Source of the DNA: Octopus vulgaris
Taxonomy: Eukaryota
Assembly (NCBI GenBank): GCA_951406725.2
Contig: OX597834.1
Span: 37,076,001-37,140,000 of the forward strand
DNA: 64,000 bases
Direction of reading: 5' to 3'
Shown here: positions 56,882 through 64,000 of the stretch, piece by piece
Layout: every line of letters starts with the position of its first letter
Numbering within the stretch: position 1 is the first letter of the stretch
Notes under the pieces: model-generated
What the model was told of the DNA's origin: nothing
Seen by the model: only the letters and a program-made list of their open reading frames with translations
Database searches by the model: none
Made by a program: the position numbers and the translations under genes

Positions 56882-57264
56882 GTGTATGTATATATGTATA
56901 TATGTACGTATGTGTGTGTGTATGTATGTGTGTATGTATCGTTGTTTTGGAAACAGTATTGACAACTGTGGAACTCTGTTGTTACGCAAGACTAAGCAAA
57001 GATTTACAAACAAAGCAACTGACCTTAGATTGTTCTGGAAACAAAACCTCAAACCTCTGTTTTACCCTTTGTTCTTCTCTATTTGTCCTCTCTTTCTCTC
57101 TCTCGTCACTCTTCCATTGTATGAAGCACAAACTGTGTACGCACACACAAAAATATACATGTGTATAGGTACACCCACACACATACACACACGCCCACAT
57201 ATATGTAGTGAGATAGAAAGATATAAATAGCTATATGTATATATGTGCATATATACATACATAC

Positions 57265-57314
<50 letters not shown>

Positions 57315-57517
57315 TTACACGTACATTTATTTGTAAACATACGTATGTATAAACATGTATAGATATATTTTTGTTATGTACACATTCACATGCACACACA
57401 CGCACACATGCACGCACACACATACACAACCACACACACATATGTAGTGAGATAGAAGATATAAATAGGTATATGTATATATATATATATGCATATATAT
57501 ATATATACATACATACA

Positions 57518-57553
<36 letters not shown>

Positions 57554-58864
57554 TATGTATATACATATGTGTGTTTACACGTAGATTTATTTGTAAACAT
57601 ACGTATGTATAAATATGTATAGATATATTTATTGTTATGTACATGTACACATACACACACACACGCACACATGCACGCACACACATTCACAAACACACGC
57701 ACATACATCCACATTTATATATATATCTTTAAGGTATGGTTTTAATGTATATCTGTATGTTTTGTACAAACTCAAACTGAAAACCCGATGACATGGAGCG
57801 GAAAGACAAGAATCACTGTAAACGAAGAGCGAGAGAAAACATCCATTACTCTGGCAATATATAAATATATAAAAATGGTTATATTTCAAATAAACGCCAT
57901 TTTGAAGTATTTTCGAGAACGTTAAACAGATTGTCGGATGCATCTTGTGTCTTTGAAAAGACTACGTGAAGTTCACATGTTTAGGAAATAGTCTCTGTTA
58001 CTGCAAATGTATAAATATTTATAACTGTCTCAAGACTCATTATTTATCATATTATATCCTTTTCTGTTTTATCGCCTCTTCTCTTCCTTTACAACTTCGT
58101 TTTGTGTTTTCTTTTTCTCTTTCGTTCTTTCTCTTGTTTAAGTTGGCAGTCATTTTTGTTCCTTGATTTCTTACTCATTTGCCTTGTTTTCATTCTATTC
58201 TCTGCTTTTCGTTGTTTTCTCTGCAGTCTTTCATTTCTTTCTCCTTTCGTTCTTTTTTTAAACACTTTTCCTTCGTTTTTCTCTCAACTTTTACTGTTGT
58301 TTCTTTGAATCAATTTCTGTTTATATTGAAAAAAAAATTACTTCTTATTTGTTTTTTATTTCAATATTTTTCTCTTTTTTCTTATCTCTCCTTCTCTTTA
58401 CTATACAACTGCCATTTCTTCCTTCTGTTTCTCCATCATTCTTTCATCTTTCTTTCTAAAATTCGTTCCTTATATCTTCCGCTTTTTTTTTTCATTTACG
58501 TCTTCATTCTTTCCATCCATTCATGTTTCACATTTAACCGCTGCATTCCTTCTTTTCAATCGTCTTTGCTCAAGTTTCTTTCTTATTCCTTCATGCAACT
58601 ACATATTCCTAGTTATCGCCCTTTGCATTGTAGTTCTCTTCACATTTTCCATCCTTTCAAATTGTAGATGAGCGTCTTTTCATTTTTATTTTTATTATTT
58701 TGAATCATGCTTCATTCGCTGTCTTTTATTAGTTTTTCTTTTTTTTCTGGTTGACGTTTTGATTTTAATTTATCATTCATCATGCTACACACACACACAC
58801 ACAAACACACACACATACACACGCACACACACACACACACACACACGCACACACGCGCACACAG

Positions 58865-59037
58865 AGGCGCAGGCGTGGCTGTACGGTAAGAAGCTTGCTT
58901 CCCAACCACATGGTTTCGGGTTCAGTTCCACTTCGTGGCGCCTTTGGCAAGTGTCTACTATAGCCTTGGGTCGACCAAAGCCTTGTGAGTGGATTCGGTC
59001 AACGGAAGCTAAAAGACGCCCGTCGTGAGTGTATGTG

Positions 59038-59125
<88 letters not shown>

Positions 59126-59908
59126 TATACATATATATATACGCGCGCGCGTGTGTGTGTGCATGTATACACGACGAAATTCTTTCAGTTTCCGTCTACG
59201 AAATCCATTCACAAGACTTTGATCGGCCCAATCCTACAATAGAATTCACTTGCCCAAGATAGGATTGAAACCTGAACCGTGTAGTTGGGAATCAAGCTGG
59301 TATCTTATTAGATATTTATAGTCCTTTTTTTTTAATGGAGGGAGCAGTTACATACCGGAGTTAGAATTTCTTGAAGTAACATTTTTCTTAATAAAAGTTT
59401 GGGCGTTGGGTGAGGGTTATTTGTATCTTACGATCTGCATATTAAATGGGGTTAGAGATATGGTTGTGATAACATCGTTGTTGTATTTATCAGCAGTAAA
59501 GGAGTCGTTCTTTTATCATGATTAATGGTTGTTGTCTGTACAATAGTTTTAACAATAATATCGATTACATCACTAATCGCTTAGTTTTGCTGACAGGAAC
59601 ACAAAACAAAATTAATCGTTTAGTCTTGAATCCAGTTTTCTTCCGGTGACGTCTTCCGCTGCGTTGCATTCTGAGTTCAAATCCGCCGACATCATTTTTA
59701 GATGCAGGCGTGGCTTTGTGGTAATGAAGCTTACTTCTTAATCATGTTATCTTGGGTTCACTCCTATTTCGCGGTGTCTTCGGCAAGAATCTTCTACTAT
59801 AGCCCAGGGTCATATGGTGAGTAAATCTGGTAGACAAATACCGGGGAAAAACTGTCCTTTTCCTATATATGCGTCTGTTTGTGTGTGTGTTTGTGCTTGT
59901 ATGTGTAC

Positions 59909-59939
<31 letters not shown>

Positions 59940-60165
59940 TGTGCTTTTTGAGATTGTGTCGTGGCTGTTCTCCACCAGCGGGGGTGTTTATTACGTCCCC
60001 TAAACAGACCGGACTAATAAGCCTGTGGAATACGTACCAAACTTTAAAATAATAACTTATCAGTTGGATAAAAGAGACCGACAGAATGAATACCAGACTT
60101 ACAAATAATTCCCAGGGTCGACTTGTTCGACTAAACTCTTCAAAGCGGTACCCTAGCATGGCTGC
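58865..60165. mobile_element. Cluster of SINE family B copies
   Basis: 58865-59025 plus, 59170-59300 minus, 59700-60165 plus. Confidence 0.75.
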
Positions 60166-61356
60166 AAAAGTCTGTGCTATGATGGTGATAGGGGGCGGGA
60201 ATAAACATTGTTTTACGTATATCTACCTTGCACAAGGTAGATGTGGCGGTTTTTAAATCAAGGCTGGACATCTTCCTGTTGAGAATCCCAGATGAACCTA
60301 CCTCACGGCAAGAGATGCAAATGAGAGTAGCTATGTCAAACTCCATTCTTCACCAAGTGCCACATATTGGAGGAGGTTCTTCGTAATAACAGTTTAGCAC
60401 AAAACGGCGGTGTATCAGCATGGCCGCAGCTCTGAGCTGAAACAAGCAAAAAAAAAAAATCAAGTATAAAAAACATGAACACTTCTTGGTGATCTTGAAT
60501 AAGCAGTCACCTCCCTTTTTGATCCAGTGTAACCATAGTCCAAGAATGACGTCTTAACATTCATAATTATTCTAATGTCAAGATCGTTATTCATAGCTTG
60601 TTGCATCACGAGTCGAAGGCTTTGAGGCTTTTTCGACATGGGAGGGCAAATGTCTACGATGTCGAGTTGGATAAATTTCCAGGCTGCTTTAATCTTCGTA
60701 CCGCAAAATCCATCAATATTAGCAGCGCTGCAGTTACAATGGACTAACCCTATATCTCTTCCGTCATCAGATTGGACAGCATTGAGAACGAGCATACCTA
60801 CTACATTAATTCTACTTTGAGAAGGGTTAATCAGCCTGCATTCAGTCTTAGAAAGGAAATTAGATTTATGGTTTTTAAGGGTAACGTATGGTGGCTTGGA
60901 TAAGGAAGCGATACATGGTTAGCTCCATCATTTGCTAAGTTGCTATCTCTTTCACTTCCGTCTCCAACTCGTTGGATGTTGTGATGTTAATTTTCTTGCG
61001 CGTTTCGTGATGCTGCCAAATAGAAATCTGTTGCGTGTAGCAGCGTTGGTTTGACACATAATTGCTCTTTTCGTTGCGTTTCTTTCTTTCTTTTTTTCTT
61101 TCTCTCTCTCTTTCTTTATTTCTTTTTTTCTTTCTTTCTTTCTTTCTTTCTTTCTTTTCCTTATATTTTTCTTTAAAAACTAATTATACCATAAAAGCAG
61201 GCGTGGCTGTGCGGTAACAAGCTTACTTCCCAAACACATGGTTCAGGCCACTGCGTGGCACCTTGTCTTCTACTGTAGCCTCGGACCATCCAAAGCCTTG
61301 TGAGTGGATTTGGATGACGGAAACTGAAAGAAGCCCGTCGTATATATATATATATA

Positions 61357-61482
61357 TATTTTATAGAAGGAGCTTCTACAGGACTAGAACTGTTTCATTC
61401 AAATGAAATCATCAGGAAGCTTCCTGATGATTTCATTTGAATGAAACAGTTCTAGTCCTGTAGAAGCTCCTTCTATAAAATA
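61357..61482. ncRNA. Perfect 126-bp palindrome encoding a type I hammerhead on each strand
   Basis: Centre AAG|CTT at 61419/61420. Plus strand: AGCTTC-CTGATGA(61424-30)-tttcatttgaat-GAAA(61443-46)-CAG ttctagtc CTG-TA(61461-62)-GAAGCT. Confidence 0.75.
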
Positions 61483-61906
61483 AATTAATTTACTCTGCCA
61501 TGTATTGAGTACCTTATTTACTGTGGTTAACCCCGACTCAACCCGGGACCTACATATATATATATATATACATATACATATGTCTGTATGTATGTATGTA
61601 TGTATGTATGTATGTATGTATGCATGTATGTATGTATGTGTGTCCGACAGACACATATGTGCTTTTGTGTAAATGTGTATGTGCTTTCGTGTAAATGTGT
61701 ATGTGCTTTTGTGTTAGTGGATTTATAGAGAGAAAAAAAGCCAAAATACTTTCAGTGATGACCACATCACATCTGGGGATTTTTTCTATTCTTGAAGAGG
61801 TCACCATCCTTAAAACCATTTCAATACAATGGTAAATGACTGAATGAATGGTGAATAGAAATGGGGATCCCCCATCTCCTCCTCTCTCTCACCTTCTCTC
61901 TCTACG

Positions 61907-61973
<67 letters not shown>

Positions 61974-62231
61974 ATATCTATCAACCTCTCTACATACCTC
62001 TCTTTCTAGCTGTCTATCTCCATTGTCATGGAACCTCACCTCTAAACACCCACCCACAAAAAAAACACCTGTTTCATATAAATATACAAGCTGTTTGTAC
62101 ATTCACAAAATTTTATTTGACAAGTTCGAGAACCGAACGAAAGCGTTAGTTATAATGAATAAATGAAAAGATTTATTTTCAAAAATTCTGGCGACCTTTT
62201 TTCTCAATATTCAATATCTGTACACCACACC

Positions 62232-62320
<89 letters not shown>

Positions 62321-62751
62321 CTCTCTCTTTCTCTCTCTCTAACTCAAAATCACATGCACACAAGCATGTATTTGTGTGTCGGATCTTTCCAGAGACCAGG
62401 ATTGGTGAATTGATAGTTTAATTATCAATAATTATATTCAATTTAGACTAATTCAAAACGAGAGGCATTAATTACGACACGCTAATTATGGAGGTAGTTT
62501 CTCATTGTTGTTCATACCATGTCTTATTAGTACACTTCATACTAACGAGACCGATTCAACGTGATTACCTGAATTGCTAAAATTAGGAGCCAAATCTCGA
62601 CCGAATAACATGATATTGTGTCGAAAAGGTCCTATTCTGATAGTTTGTCAAGCATTATGCTTAAAAAAATATAATTGGAAAGCCTTTGATTATAGGTCAG
62701 TTGAACCTGAGCTAATTCCAGATAAACGCAAAGTTAACTGGACTCATTATA

Positions 62752-62807
<56 letters not shown>

Positions 62808-62809
<2 letters not shown>

Positions 62810-63119
62810 TCTTTTACTCTTTTACTTGTTTCAGTCATTTGACTGCGGCCATGCTGGAGCACCGCCTTTAGTCGAACAAATCGACCCCGGGACTTATTCT
62901 TGTAAGCCCAGTACTTATTCTATCGGTCTCTTTTGCCTAACCGCTAAGTGACAGGGATGTAAACACACCAGCATCGGTTGTCAAGCAATGTTTTCGTTTC
63001 TCATTGTGTTCGACGTTTTTTTTTTGGTGTCCTGTACCCATATATGCATGTATATATACATGTAGAGGTAGGTACGTACATATATGTATGTATATAAGCA
63101 TATGTTTTATTTATTAATT

Positions 63120-63158
<39 letters not shown>

Positions 63159-63319
63159 CGACAGGCTTCTTTCAGTTTCCGTCTACCAAATCCACTCACA
63201 AGGCATTGGTCGGCCCGGGGCTATAGCAGAAGACACTTGCCCAAGATGCCACGCAGTGGGACTGAACCCGGAACCATGTGGTTGGTTAGCAAGCTACTTG
63301 CCACACAGCCACTCCTGCG

Positions 63320-63322
<3 letters not shown>
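62808..63322 (-). mobile_element. SINE family B, full length
   Basis: Reverse complement of 38198-38597 with a longer centre; flanked by (TA)n. Confidence 0.9.
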
Positions 63323-63356
<34 letters not shown>

Positions 63357-63357
<1 letters not shown>

Positions 63358-63610
63358 ACAATTGTAGCGTGGAAGGTGTTTGTAAGCCATTTAAGAAACA
63401 CACAAAAGCCGTTCGATTCGACCTTTTGTCAGTGAACAGGTCGCGGTCTTAAAGCGACGAAAATATTTTGTCAAATTAAATTTAAATGTTGAAGTGAATC
63501 GAACGGTTTTGTGTGTTTCTTAAATAGCTTACAAACACCTTCCACGCTGCAATTGTTTTTGTTTCGGCACACGATCTCAGATCAAATCACTTGCTATGCA
63601 AGTACATCTC
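63357..63610 (+). mobile_element. Penelope-like terminal fragment with inverted arms and a degenerate hammerhead
   Basis: Arms 63357-63419/63496-63557. The spacer reads TTTGTCA-GTGAACA-gGTCGC..GCGAC-GAAA-ATAT-TT-TGTCAAA. Confidence 0.6.
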
Positions 63611-63888
63611 CTATATATATTTAGTAAATAAGAAATAAGCCGCCAACACCACCACTACAACCCGCTGAACGCATTTTATTTCTTCGCTGCCAGTTCACCT
63701 TACATTTCAAATCAATTCAGTACTGCACCAAAATATACTGACGTCTTCCGTACGCGTACACAAACATAGGGATGCATACACCCGTACGCGAGAGCAATTT
63801 GCAGATATTGCACCTACAGTTAGATACGCAAAAAAACAAAAACATGGTTATGTAATGTTTCGGAAAATGTTCAGATGTGATGGCAGTG

Positions 63889-63963
<75 letters not shown>

Positions 63964-64000
63964 TAGTAAAAAGTGAAAAAACTACAGAAGGCTTGTTTTA

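Overview
Very AT-rich eukaryotic DNA saturated with microsatellites and SINEs. The tRNA-derived SINE repertoire and the (TA)n/(TATG)n/(ATC)n load suggest a coleoid cephalopod such as Octopus (inference). Almost all ORFs in the supplied track are microsatellite translations, and I recognise no conventional protein-coding gene. Three layers of structure stand out. (1) Hammerhead ribozymes (HHRs): the window opens in a near-perfect 492-bp tandem array whose every unit carries a complete type I hammerhead with an unusually long (58-nt) helix II insertion, i.e. a candidate non-LTR retrozyme/circRNA locus. At least six further intact or degenerate hammerheads occur, several in fold-back Penelope-like termini next to (TA)n, including a perfect 126-bp palindrome with a hammerhead on both strands. 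(2) A ~52-kb inverted segmental duplication (left arm ~3.5-21.0 kb, right arm ~39.5-55.4 kb, ~18.5-kb spacer) whose arms alternate between near-identical islands and strongly diverged stretches. The near-identical islands contain paired splice signals, a hydrophobic small ORF (MAPLELAGLEIFVGILVVVL...) and an antisense hammerhead. (3) Ordinary TE debris: three tRNA-SINE families, RTE-, CR1- and R4-like LINE fragments and a non-autonomous Helitron. All alignments and folds were done by eye, so TE boundaries and identity estimates are approximate.
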